DNA of 24,069 nucleotides, taken from NCBI GenBank assembly GCA_025054835.1, contig JANWZQ010000187.1, forward strand, positions 1-24,069. The letters are read 5' to 3'. The DNA is from Chthonomonadaceae bacterium (GTDB lineage: Bacteria; Armatimonadota; Chthonomonadetes; Chthonomonadales; Chthonomonadaceae). This document shows positions 16,422 to 24,069 of this stretch, piece by piece. Under the pieces are notes generated by a model. That model was given only the letters and a program-made list of their open reading frames with translations. It had not been told where the DNA came from and ran no database searches. Each line of letters begins with the position of its first letter. Position 1 is the stretch's first letter. Position numbers and translations under genes: made by a program.

Positions 16422-17603
16422 CTAGATAATCCCCAGTTGCTTCCCGACCTTTTCGAACGCAGCCAGAGCGTCGTCCAGGTCCTGTCGGGAGTGCATGGCG
16501 CTCGGCATGGTGCGTATCCGGGCCTTGCCCCGCGCTACCGTGGGGTAAACGATGGCAAGCGCCATCACCCCTTCTTCGAACAGGTCCCGTTGCATCTGCT
16601 GCGCCTTCTCCTCGTCCCACGTCATTACAGGAGTGATCGGCGTTTCAGAAACCCCGGTGTCGAACCCGAGACGTTTCAAGCCTTCCTTCCAGTAGCGCGC
16701 GTTGTCCCAGAGCCGTTCTGTGAGCGAGGGATCATTCTCCATCAGATCGATCGCGGCCAGAACGGCCGCCACCACTGCCGGCGGATGCCCGGTGCTGAAC
16801 AGGAACGGGCGAGCGCGTTGCGTCAACCAGTCAATCAGCACCGCGCTGCCAGCAATGTAGCCTCCCATCACGCCCACAGCCTTGGAGAGTGTGCCCAGTT
16901 GAATATCGATCCGCTCGTGCACACCAAAGTGAAACGCCGTGCCCCGGCCGCCCCCCAGCACGCCAGACCCATGGGCATCGTCTACCATCACAGCCGCGTC
17001 GTACTGCTCTGCAAGGCGCAGGATGTCTGGCAGAGGCGCGATGTCCCCATCCATGGAGAAGACCCCGTCGGTAATGATCAGGCGCTTCCGGGCGTCCCGT
17101 GTGGATTTCAGAGCGTCCTCCAGCGCGTTCAGGTCGCAATGCTTGTAGATCCTGCGTGCCGCTTTCGACAGACGCACTCCATCGATGATACTGGCGTGGT
17201 TCAGCTCATCTGTGATGATCGCATCCCCTTCCTCGGTGATGGTTGGAATGACCCCCGAGTTGGCTGTAAAACCACTCTGAAACACCAGCGTGGCAGGCAC
17301 ATGCTTGAATTCTGCCAGACGTCGCTCCAGATCCATATGCAGGCGCATAGTCCCGATAATCGGGCGTACCGCACCGGCCCCGGCTCCCCATTCCATAACG
17401 GCCCGGATTGCCGCTTCTTTCACCTTCGGATGGTTGGCCAGACCCAGGTAGTTGTTGCTGGACAGATTGATCACCCCGGGCCTGCCGTTCACCGTGATCC
17501 GGGCCTCCGAGGGCGTTTCCATAACGACAAGCGGCTTATACAGGTGTTCTTCTTTCAACGCATGGATCTGCGCTTGCAACCAGCGATGCAGTGTGGTGTT
17601 CAT
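16422..17603 (-). CDS. kbl: 2-amino-3-ketobutyrate CoA ligase (glycine C-acetyltransferase; PLP-dependent alpha-oxoamine synthase)
   Basis: The matches to E. coli Kbl blocks are very close: [29 protein letters not shown], and the PLP-lysine region [14 protein letters not shown] lies 7 nt upstream of the ATG at 17603. BioF and ALAS paralogs are less likely given these Kbl-specific blocks. Confidence 0.8.
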   Translation of the reverse strand: MNTTLHRWLQAQIHALKEEHLYKPLVVMETPSEARITVNGRPGVINLSSNNYLGLANHPKVKEAAIRAVMEWGAGAGAVRPIIGTMRLHMDLERRLAEFKHVPATLVFQSGFTANSGVIPTITEEGDAIITDELNHASIIDGVRLSKAARRIYKHCDLNALEDALKSTRDARKRLIITDGVFSMDGDIAPLPDILRLAEQYDAAVMVDDAHGSGVLGGGRGTAFHFGVHERIDIQLGTLSKAVGVMGGYIAGSAVLIDWLTQRARPFLFSTGHPPAVVAAVLAAIDLMENDPSLTERLWDNARYWKEGLKRLGFDTGVSETPITPVMTWDEEKAQQMQRDLFEEGVMALAIVYPTVARGKARIRTMPSAMHSRQDLDDALAAFEKVGKQLGII

Positions 17604-17790
17604 ATCGTCCGCTCTCCACGTTTCTCGTTGCTTTCATATCGCGCCTTCTGTTGTATCGAAGCGCCATGTGAGATATAGCGACTGTTTCTTGCACGCGGCA
17701 CTCTTTTCCTGCGCTCGAACAGTACACACGACAGACAGGGGGTTCCGGGTACAATCACAGCACAGCAGAACATTCAGGAGGAGCAAAAGC

Positions 17791-18573
17791 GTGCATCTGG
17801 GGCTCGATGGGAAGATCGCTCTGGTCACTGCGGCCAGCAAAGGACTGGGGTTTGCTGCTGCTCTGGCGCTGGCACGTGAGGGAGTGCAGATCGCGATCTG
17901 TTCGCGATCCGAGCAGAACATTCACAATGCCGCCAGCCAGATCCGGGAACTGACCGGGGAATCGGTCCTGCCGATCGTGGCGGACGTGACCCGACCGGAG
18001 GATGTTGCGCGCAGCGTTCAGGAGACCGTTGATCATTTCGGCGGTCTGCACATCCTCGTATGCAACAGCGGCGGGCCTCCGGCCGGGACCTTCGAGTCGC
18101 TGGAAGAGGCGCAGTGGCAGCAAGCGCTGGACAGCACGCTCTTCTCGACCACGCGCCTGATCCGCTCGGCTCTGCCCCACCTGCGCGGATGGGGACGGAT
18201 CATCGTCATCACCTCCACTTCCGTCAAACAACCCATCCCCGGGCTCTTACTTTCCAATACGATCCGCGCTGGCATCGTCGGGTTGTGCAAGACGCTCTCG
18301 CAGGAATTCGCCCCCTACGGTATCACGGTGAACAACGTCGCGCCGGGCAGTTTCGACACCGACCGTCTGCGCATGCTGCACGAACGACAGGCCAGGGCAG
18401 CAGGGATCTCACTGGAAGAGGCGCGCCGGCAGGCCGAAGCCCGGATCCCGCTCGGGCGTCTCGGCCGCCCGGAAGAGCTGGCCCATGCTATCGTGTTCCT
18501 CGCCTCCGAGGCTGCCAGCTACATCACCGGGCAGACCCTGATCGTAGATGGAGGTCAGACGCTCGGCATCTGA
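17791..18573 (+). CDS. SDR-family oxidoreductase (FabG-like short-chain dehydrogenase)
   Basis: The GTG at 17791 has CAGGAGGAG 7 nt upstream. The Rossmann motif is ALVTAASKGLGFAAA (TGxxxGxG). The NSGG motif is present in VCNSGG. The catalytic S, Y and K are spread through ITSTS...GLLLSNTIRAGIVGLCKTL. The ORF-track start at 17452 has no RBS or Met. Confidence 0.85.
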   Translation: MHLGLDGKIALVTAASKGLGFAAALALAREGVQIAICSRSEQNIHNAASQIRELTGESVLPIVADVTRPEDVARSVQETVDHFGGLHILVCNSGGPPAGTFESLEEAQWQQALDSTLFSTTRLIRSALPHLRGWGRIIVITSTSVKQPIPGLLLSNTIRAGIVGLCKTLSQEFAPYGITVNNVAPGSFDTDRLRMLHERQARAAGISLEEARRQAEARIPLGRLGRPEELAHAIVFLASEAASYITGQTLIVDGGQTLGI

Positions 18574-18613
18574 TCCCCGCCCCCTCAACGGTCCCTGAGA
18601 CACTACCATCAGA

Positions 18614-18647
18614 CAACGAGCCCTCTGCCATGGCAGAGGGCTCGTTG
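18614..18647. terminator. Perfect 34-bp palindrome (17-bp arms) between convergent genes; a bidirectional terminator or protein-binding site
   Basis: CAACGAGCCCTCTGCCA|TGGCAGAGGGCTCGTTG is an exact reverse-complement pair with no loop and a CCATGG core. It sits 41 nt after the SDR stop and 23 nt before the stop of the prepilin-like gene on the opposite strand. Confidence 0.55.
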
Positions 18648-18669
18648 CGACACGGCAACGGGAAATTGC

Positions 18670-19464
18670 TCAGGTGTTGGGCGCGCCGCCCGGAATTCCA
18701 GACAGATCGCAGGGCAGTGTGTAGGTCTTCACATTGCCCGTTGAGATGCCCGGGATGTCGCTGCGTCGGGTGTGGTACTTGGCATGGCCGTCCACAAAGT
18801 TGACCACGAAGCCGTCCGAGTGTCTGGGATCCGCCGGGAAGTTGTCCCACCCGAAAACTCCGGAGGGACGCGGGCAGATCGGATCCACCTGCGGATCGGT
18901 CGGGCGAACGTAACGTGAGTCGAAGAACATGGTGGTATTGACGGGCTCCTGGATGGCCGCCAGAGGCACCACCGGGTCATCGGCAAACAGACCGGGGGGC
19001 AATGCCGGATCCTGGAACAGCGCAAAGTTCATGGCGTAAGAGGAGTAGCGGAAGTTGCCACTGCCACGCAGGCCCAGATTGGGCAGGATCGCGTTGGCCG
19101 GCGGCGGATTGGTCCCCGGCCCTGCGAAGTCGATCCCCGGCCGGTTCGACGGGCAGACCAGGATCTCAATGTTGCGCATATAGGGCATCACCGCATCGTA
19201 GACCGTGAACACCCGCACCCCGGTACCCGGCATCAAGATCGGTGAGTCCATGCTGTACGCGCTCTGCGGAAACGTCTCGTCGTAATCCTGCACATACATC
19301 AGCACAGCGGTCGCAAACTGGCGCATGTTGGAAGTGCAGGAGGCCTGCCGTGCCTTCTCCCGCGCCTGCGCGAACACCGGAAACAGGATCGCCGCCAGAA
19401 TGGCGATGATCGCGATTACTACAAGCAGCTCAATCAGCGTAAAACCCTGTCTTTTGCGATACAT
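18670..19464 (-). CDS. Prepilin-type N-terminal cleavage/methylation domain protein with a C-terminal H-X9-DG domain (DUF1559-like)
   Basis: The N-terminus [43 protein letters not shown] is the class-III signal-peptide GFTLIE motif, followed by DUF1559-like spacing. The C-terminus carries an H-X9-DG-type motif in FVDGHAKYH...RSD. GGAG lies 5 nt upstream of the ATG at 19464. Confidence 0.8.
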   Translation of the reverse strand: MYRKRQGFTLIELLVVIAIIAILAAILFPVFAQAREKARQASCTSNMRQFATAVLMYVQDYDETFPQSAYSMDSPILMPGTGVRVFTVYDAVMPYMRNIEILVCPSNRPGIDFAGPGTNPPPANAILPNLGLRGSGNFRYSSYAMNFALFQDPALPPGLFADDPVVPLAAIQEPVNTTMFFDSRYVRPTDPQVDPICPRPSGVFGWDNFPADPRHSDGFVVNFVDGHAKYHTRRSDIPGISTGNVKTYTLPCDLSGIPGGAPNT

Positions 19465-19557
19465 AAGAGCTCCTATCCTGAGTCACATGGCCACGAATGC
19501 AGCACAACAATGCTGCTGGCCGTCATTGCAATTCGTGAGCCATTGTACCTGCCGTAC

Positions 19558-19585
19558 GTGTTAAGAAAACGTTAAATTTCGTTCC
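19558..19585. promoter_or_regulatory. AT-rich island (GTGTTAAGAAAACGTTAAATTTCGTT) in the divergent intergenic region, likely a -10 or UP region for one or both flanking genes
   Basis: This is locally the most AT-rich 28 nt in a 60%-GC window. It sits in the 248-bp divergent region between the prepilin-like gene and the Gfo/Idh/MocA gene. Nested inverted repeats lie immediately 5' of it (19484-19540). Confidence 0.25.
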
Positions 19586-19712
19586 CGGAGCCTGTCGGAT
19601 CGCCCGGCCCGTTGCCACCTGCAGAAGGATTTCCCCGATCACTGGCGAATTGTCCCGCAGCGATATCGGGCTCCCGGCCCGAACCGAAGGATCCCAACGG
19701 AGGTTGTAGCAC

Positions 19713-20879
19713 ATGGCCAAACGGCAGATCAACGTGGCTCTCATCGGCTATCAATTCATGGGCAAAGTGCACAGCAACGCTTACCGGCAGGTTCACCACT
19801 TCTTTGACCTCGACGTTGAGCCTGTCATGAAGGTGATCTGCGGTCGCACGGAACACAAAGTGAAGGCTGCACAGGAACAGTTCGGCTGGCAGGAATACGC
19901 GACGAACTGGGAAGACGTAGTAGCCCGCAACGACATCGATCTGATCGACATCGGCACTTCCAACGACACGCACGCGCAGATTGCCATCGCAGCGCTCAAA
20001 GCAGGCAAGCACGTGCTCTGCGAGAAACCACTGGCTATTTCTCTGGCCGATGCACGGGCGGCGTGGGAGACCGCACGCAACAGCGGCCGGATCCATGGAA
20101 TCTGCCACAACTACCGCAAGGCTCCGGCTGTTGCCTTCGCGAAGAAACTGGTCGAGGAAGGCCGTCTGGGCCGGATCCGCCACTTCCGGGGTGTCTACCT
20201 GCAGGACTGGATCCTGGACCCCTCGGTTCCCCTCGTCTGGCGCCTGGATAAAAAGGTCGCGGGCAGCGGATCACACGGCGACCTGAACGCGCACCTTATC
20301 GACACAGCCCGTTTCGTGATGGGCACTGAGTTCTCCGAAGTATGCGGCATGGCCGAGACGTTCATCAAGCAACGCCCCCTGCTTGCCGACACCGAGGGAG
20401 GGCTCAGCGGATTCAAATCCTCTGGAGAGATGGGGGAGGTGACCGTTGACGACGTCACTGCCTTCCTCGCCCGCTTTGAGAACGGCGCTACCGGCACCTT
20501 CGAGGCCACGCGTCTGGCCCCGGGACGCAAAAATCACCAGCGCTGGGAGATCAATGGCGAAAAAGGCTCCATTGTGTTCAATCTGGAGCGGATGAACGAA
20601 CTCGAGGTGTATATCACGGACGATCCAGAGGGCTTGCAGGGCTTCCACCTCATCCAGGCCACCGAAGGGTTCATGCCCTACATGAGCGCCTACTGGCCTG
20701 TCGCACACATCATCGGATACGAACACACCTTCGTTAACATGATGTACGACCTGTTCAAGGCCATCAGCAAGAATGAGCCCTTCTCACCCGACTTTCTGGA
20801 CGGCTATCGCAATCAGGCCGTGCTGGATGCCGTTGAGCAATCCGTCGAGAAGAAACAGTGGGTCACTCCTGAGAAGTGA
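19713..20879 (+). CDS. Gfo/Idh/MocA-family NAD(P)-dependent oxidoreductase
   Basis: The N-terminal Rossmann segment is INVALIGYQFMGKVHSNAY. The sequence LKAGKHVLCEKPLA is the family EKP motif. A C-terminal alpha/beta dimerisation domain is present. GGAGG lies 9 nt upstream of the ATG at 19713. Confidence 0.85.
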   Translation: MAKRQINVALIGYQFMGKVHSNAYRQVHHFFDLDVEPVMKVICGRTEHKVKAAQEQFGWQEYATNWEDVVARNDIDLIDIGTSNDTHAQIAIAALKAGKHVLCEKPLAISLADARAAWETARNSGRIHGICHNYRKAPAVAFAKKLVEEGRLGRIRHFRGVYLQDWILDPSVPLVWRLDKKVAGSGSHGDLNAHLIDTARFVMGTEFSEVCGMAETFIKQRPLLADTEGGLSGFKSSGEMGEVTVDDVTAFLARFENGATGTFEATRLAPGRKNHQRWEINGEKGSIVFNLERMNELEVYITDDPEGLQGFHLIQATEGFMPYMSAYWPVAHIIGYEHTFVNMMYDLFKAISKNEPFSPDFLDGYRNQAVLDAVEQSVEKKQWVTPEK

Positions 20880-20897
20880 GCGCGTCGGAATGACGCT

Positions 20898-20943
20898 CCG
20901 TGGGCCGTTGCAGAGCATCGCAACGGCCCACGGTTCTTCCCCC
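20898..20943. terminator. Strong intrinsic terminator between the convergent oxidoreductase and flotillin genes
   Basis: CCGTGGGCCGTTGC (20898-20911) pairs with GCAACGGCCCACGG (20920-20933) to give a 14-bp perfect stem with an 8-nt loop. TTCTTCCCCC follows. Confidence 0.7.
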
Positions 20944-20960
20944 GACATCTCGGGATCGCG

Positions 20961-22904
20961 TCAGGTTCCCTGCGTTCCCTCCGAGGAAGCAGGCGCAGCG
21001 CCATCGTTGGCGTCCGGTGTCGCAGGTCCGCTGGGGGCTACCGCGCTCGCACTACCATTCAGGTCCAGACCGGTCAGGCGAGAGAGCAACTCCCGGGCCT
21101 GAGCCGGCAGGTTGGCCTGAAAACCATCCAGCATGAACCCGGCGCTCTGACCGGCGAAGAACGCCCGTGCCATCTTCTGCATTGCTTCCGGATCTCCCCA
21201 GATCGTGACATTGGCTTTCGCCATGGCAGCACCGAAAGCCTCCGCAGCCGCTATCCGTGCGGCTTTCTCGGCCTCGATCTTCGCCAGTTCAACCTGAAGC
21301 TCACGCGCGATGGATTCAAAGCGCGCCTGCCCCTCCAGCTCCCGGATCTTCACAGCAACCCGATCGTCTTCTACCTTCACTTGCTCCCGGGCTACCAGCA
21401 CCGGCACCATCTGCAGGGCCTGCTCGCCCTCGGCATGTAGCGCTCTGGCTTTCCTGTCCGCCTCCGCCAGCACCAGTTGCGCCTGCGCCTGTTTCTCGGC
21501 TGCCTGCTGCTCCGCCTCCGCTTCCTTGACACGGGCATACGCGGCCACATCCGCCGCCATCTGCTGCTCAATGCGCTGTTGCTGCACCACGGCCTCTTTG
21601 GCGATGATGGCTTTCTGCCGCTCGCGCTCCGCGGCAGCTACCTCTCTGGTCGTCACGACTTCCTGACCGGCAGCCTCCTGCTGCTTCTGAGCAGCCAGCT
21701 GCAACGCAGCGGCTTCGGCGCGCGCCTTCTCCGCCCGGGCGATCTCGATCTCCTGTTGCCGGCGGGCCAGCTCCATCGCCTTCTCAGCCTCCACCTCCGC
21801 TACCCGCCTGGCCCGTTCACGCTCTTTGTCCGCAACCTCTATCGCCTTCTGCTGCGCCACGCGAGCCAGCTCGATCTCCTGTTGCGCCTGCACCTCCGCG
21901 ATCCCGGCAATGCGTTGCTGTTCTGCGGCTACTGTCCTGGCACGTTGAGCTGCCTCGGCAGCGGCAATGTTCTTCTTCGCCTCCGCCTCATACTGAGCCA
22001 GCGCGGCATACTGATCCGCCTCACTCTGCGCCACCTTCTTGCGCGCCTCTGCCTCTGCCATGGCCCGGGCCTGCGCCGCATCCTGCTCCGCGATGTACTT
22101 CGCAGCCAGAACCTGCTGCTCTTTCACCTTCTGATCCGCTTCGGCCTCGATCCGGGTTCGCTCTACCCGTTGCCGCTGCACCTGCTCCGCAATGGTCCGG
22201 GCACCCTGCGCATCGAAAACGTTCTCCTCCGGCCGCATGGAAGAGAGAGGCGCCTGATCCAGACTGGAAATCGTCACCGACTCCAGGCTCAATCCGTTCG
22301 CCTTGAGATCCTCCGCAACGATCTTCTGAACCGCATCGGCAAAGTCTGCGCGATTTGCGTTCAGGTTCTGCAATGTCTGCTGCGCAGCCACGGTGCGTAG
22401 CGCCGAAACCAGTTTGTCGTTGATCAGGGCCTGTACCGGACCAATATCCGAGGTGATTTCTGGCAGAGAGCTCGCCGCCTGAATAATGGATGAAGGATCT
22501 TTCTGTACCCGTACATAGAACACGGCCTTGACATCCGCACGCAGGAAGTCCGCCGTGATCAATGCCTCCGGCCCGGTCCGATCCACCTCCAGCTTGAAGG
22601 TGTTGGTCGGGATCATCTTGATCTGGTGGAGCACCGGGATCACGATGGCACCGCCATCAATCACACACTTCATCCCCTTGACCCCGGTGCGCACAAACGC
22701 GACATCCGCCTTCGTGCGCACGTAAAGCCGGGTGATCACCGCCAGAACACACCCGAAAAACGCCAGGATGGCCCCGAACCCGACCAGAACCCCCCGGCTG
22801 ATCGGCGGCAGGTCCGGCACCAGAAACGGCGCGACCACCAGCGCCAGTCCCAGTCCGGCCACCAGAACCAGTACCAGTGTTAACCCACCACTTGTTCTCT
22901 GCAT
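20961..22904 (-). CDS. Flotillin-like SPFH/band-7 protein (YqiK family) with N-terminal membrane anchor or anchors and a long Ala/Glu-rich coiled coil
   Basis: The ATG at 22904 has AGGAGG 8 nt upstream. The N-terminus has two hydrophobic segments, followed by RTKADVAFVRTGVKGMKCVIDGGAIVIPVLHQI (the SPFH start; compare E. coli YqiK AEQAFVRTG). About 250 aa of EA-rich repeats follow (AEAEARKKVAQSEADQYA...), typical of flotillins. Confidence 0.85.
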   Translation of the reverse strand: MQRTSGGLTLVLVLVAGLGLALVVAPFLVPDLPPISRGVLVGFGAILAFFGCVLAVITRLYVRTKADVAFVRTGVKGMKCVIDGGAIVIPVLHQIKMIPTNTFKLEVDRTGPEALITADFLRADVKAVFYVRVQKDPSSIIQAASSLPEITSDIGPVQALINDKLVSALRTVAAQQTLQNLNANRADFADAVQKIVAEDLKANGLSLESVTISSLDQAPLSSMRPEENVFDAQGARTIAEQVQRQRVERTRIEAEADQKVKEQQVLAAKYIAEQDAAQARAMAEAEARKKVAQSEADQYAALAQYEAEAKKNIAAAEAAQRARTVAAEQQRIAGIAEVQAQQEIELARVAQQKAIEVADKERERARRVAEVEAEKAMELARRQQEIEIARAEKARAEAAALQLAAQKQQEAAGQEVVTTREVAAAERERQKAIIAKEAVVQQQRIEQQMAADVAAYARVKEAEAEQQAAEKQAQAQLVLAEADRKARALHAEGEQALQMVPVLVAREQVKVEDDRVAVKIRELEGQARFESIARELQVELAKIEAEKAARIAAAEAFGAAMAKANVTIWGDPEAMQKMARAFFAGQSAGFMLDGFQANLPAQARELLSRLTGLDLNGSASAVAPSGPATPDANDGAAPASSEGTQGT

Positions 22905-23360
22905 CGTAATCTCCTCCTGACTCCACCCTCCGACAAGGCACTACCTGAAGCGAGATAGGGCCCGCTTCCTTCCACCATGCAGTCACCTGCGCACCGGTGT
23001 TGTCCCACGCTGCGATAGAGGTCCAATCGGTCGCCTCACCCACTGCATCCCGGCTCACCAGAAACTGATATTGCTCCGGGTACGGCCCTGCCAGCAATCT
23101 ACTGTCCTTCCAGCAGTCCTGCATCCTCCCTGGAATCGATGCGCTTCTGCACGACGTTCTGGAACCGTGAAGAACGTCGCCACTGCACCTGACTGACCGT
23201 CCACGGGGTATCCGGCACGAATACCTCCACGTTGACACTGATCGCCCCATCACGCGGATCACACCCGAACTGCAATCGCTTGTTCTGATTCTTGAGCTCC
23301 AGCAACTTCCGGGCAAAGGTGGGCAGACCACTCTGCAACCGCGGAGATCACGCGCACATT

Positions 23361-23966
23361 CTATCCCTCGTCTGTCAGTCCGACTCGCCGCACCAGGTAC
23401 ACATCCCGCTCCGGGTCGTACTCCTCCAGACGCACCTGCGAACCTGCCGGTATCGACTCCTCCCCCGGGAATGTACGACACTCCAGATCCAGCAGATGCC
23501 CGAAACGATCACGCACACGCACGGTCCCCCCCTGCCCGTGTACTGAGTAAAGCGCCAGTCCGGTTTCCCCCCATAACTCGGCACGTGTCGCATGATAGCT
23601 CTCTTCCGACGGCACCACCCGCGCCACACCCTGCCCGATCACGCGCGCTCCGAAAACGGACATCACTGTTGCGCACAGCAGAGAAATCCACACACGGTGC
23701 ACCCCGACAAACAGGTTACAGATCAACCCGGAGGCCCCCCAGACCAGCAGCAGGCCTGTCAGCAGAATGGACAGCGGAACGCGCCCGACCCCCAGAAAGT
23801 CCAGCATCCCGCTCCACAAACCGGGCCCTGCCTCGACTTCTCCGTCACCCTCCAGCTCCCCTGCATCCGTGTCTCCCACACCACTGACAGCCAGTGCCAG
23901 CGCATATAACGCGCCTGTGACCAGCGGAATGAAGAAGATGAGATTCTGCCACAGTATCAGCTCCAT
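23361..23966 (-). CDS. NfeD/YqiJ-like membrane protein with N-terminal TMs and a C-terminal OB-fold-like domain; presumed partner of the flotillin
   Basis: The ATG at 23966 has GAGG 7 nt upstream. TM segments are LIFFIPLVTGALYALALAV, PLSILLTGLLLVWGASGLICNLFVGV, and ISLLCATVMSVFGA. A soluble, beta-rich tail of about 85 aa follows. The gene lies upstream of, and on the same strand as, an SPFH gene, as in the E. coli yqiJ-yqiK pair. Confidence 0.6.
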   Translation of the reverse strand: MELILWQNLIFFIPLVTGALYALALAVSGVGDTDAGELEGDGEVEAGPGLWSGMLDFLGVGRVPLSILLTGLLLVWGASGLICNLFVGVHRVWISLLCATVMSVFGARVIGQGVARVVPSEESYHATRAELWGETGLALYSVHGQGGTVRVRDRFGHLLDLECRTFPGEESIPAGSQVRLEEYDPERDVYLVRRVGLTDEG

Positions 23967-24069
23967 ACAGGTGCCTCACAGCATCGTTCCAGCCGAACAG
24001 CGGCTCACCACAGGCCGTCCCGCTGGTTTCAGGAACACCTATCGATTGCCCGCAGGACTGCACGCCATT

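Noticed and set aside
16209-17678. A 489-aa plus-strand ORF antisense to kbl and the DUF3500-like gene.
   Set aside because: The composition is Arg/His/Pro/Cys-rich. It overlaps two strongly supported genes. Long open antisense frames are expected at 60% GC.
21477-22400. A 307-aa Leu/Arg-rich plus-strand ORF and neighbouring Ala/Pro-rich ORFs (21257-21666).
   Set aside because: They are mirror artefacts of the repetitive GCN/GAG codons of the flotillin coiled-coil region read on the opposite strand.
22657-23481. A 274-aa minus-strand ORF spanning the NfeD–flotillin gap and the flotillin N-terminus.
   Set aside because: It overlaps the RBS-supported flotillin start for about 250 nt out of frame. 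Most of it is Gly/Arg/Cys/Ser-rich, typical of off-frame translation in GC-rich DNA. Only the short segment inside the gap looks protein-like, and that segment is discussed in the findings.
1-24069. A window-wide search for a CRISPR array, tandem repeats, IS, transposase or integrase genes, and att-like direct repeats flanking the two low-GC genes.
   Set aside because: I saw no regularly spaced direct repeats. No ORF has transposase, integrase or recombinase motifs. I could not find flanking direct repeats around 6304-7134 or 13688-14953 by eye. A computational repeat search would be needed to exclude short repeats of 8-15 bp.

Overview
This is a 24 kb, high-GC (about 60%) bacterial chromosomal segment that is densely coding, with roughly 20 genes. 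The provided ORF coordinates include stop codons and many ORFs begin at GTG or TTG, so I re-derived starts from RBS and ATG context where I could. I found no rRNA, tRNA, CRISPR array, transposase or integrase. Gene content, left to right: (1) an OmpR-type response regulator and sensor histidine kinase operon on the minus strand; (2) a divergent Smr-domain protein with a long charged tail; (3) a secreted protein carrying two dockerin-type Ca-binding repeats; (4) an FtsX/MacB-type permease with no partner ABC ATPase in the window; (5) a divergent polytopic membrane protein with lower GC (about 50%) and unusual codons; (6) a minus-strand operon of a Methyltransf_16-like methyltransferase, an inositol-monophosphatase-family protein and TrpE; (7) a tRNA 3'-end maturation cluster of an MBL-fold hydrolase, a class-II CCA-adding enzyme with an HD domain, and a convergent RNase Z; (8) a compositionally foreign, hyper-acidic 421-aa orphan protein with its own RBS and a strong terminator; (9) a kbl (2-amino-3-ketobutyrate CoA ligase) and DUF3500-like operon; (10) an SDR oxidoreductase; (11) a prepilin-type N-terminal plus H-X9-DG (DUF1559-like) protein, typical of Planctomycetota, Verrucomicrobiota and Armatimonadota; (12) a Gfo/Idh/MocA oxidoreductase; (13) an NfeD/YqiJ-like membrane protein and a 647-aa flotillin/YqiK-like SPFH protein, separated by an unexpected 456-bp gap with coding-like signal. 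Strong hairpins sit between convergent genes, including a perfect 34-bp palindrome. The most novel candidates are the hyper-acidic orphan (a DNA-mimic or anti-restriction-like hypothesis), the atypical membrane protein beside the orphan permease, and the disrupted NfeD–flotillin spacing.
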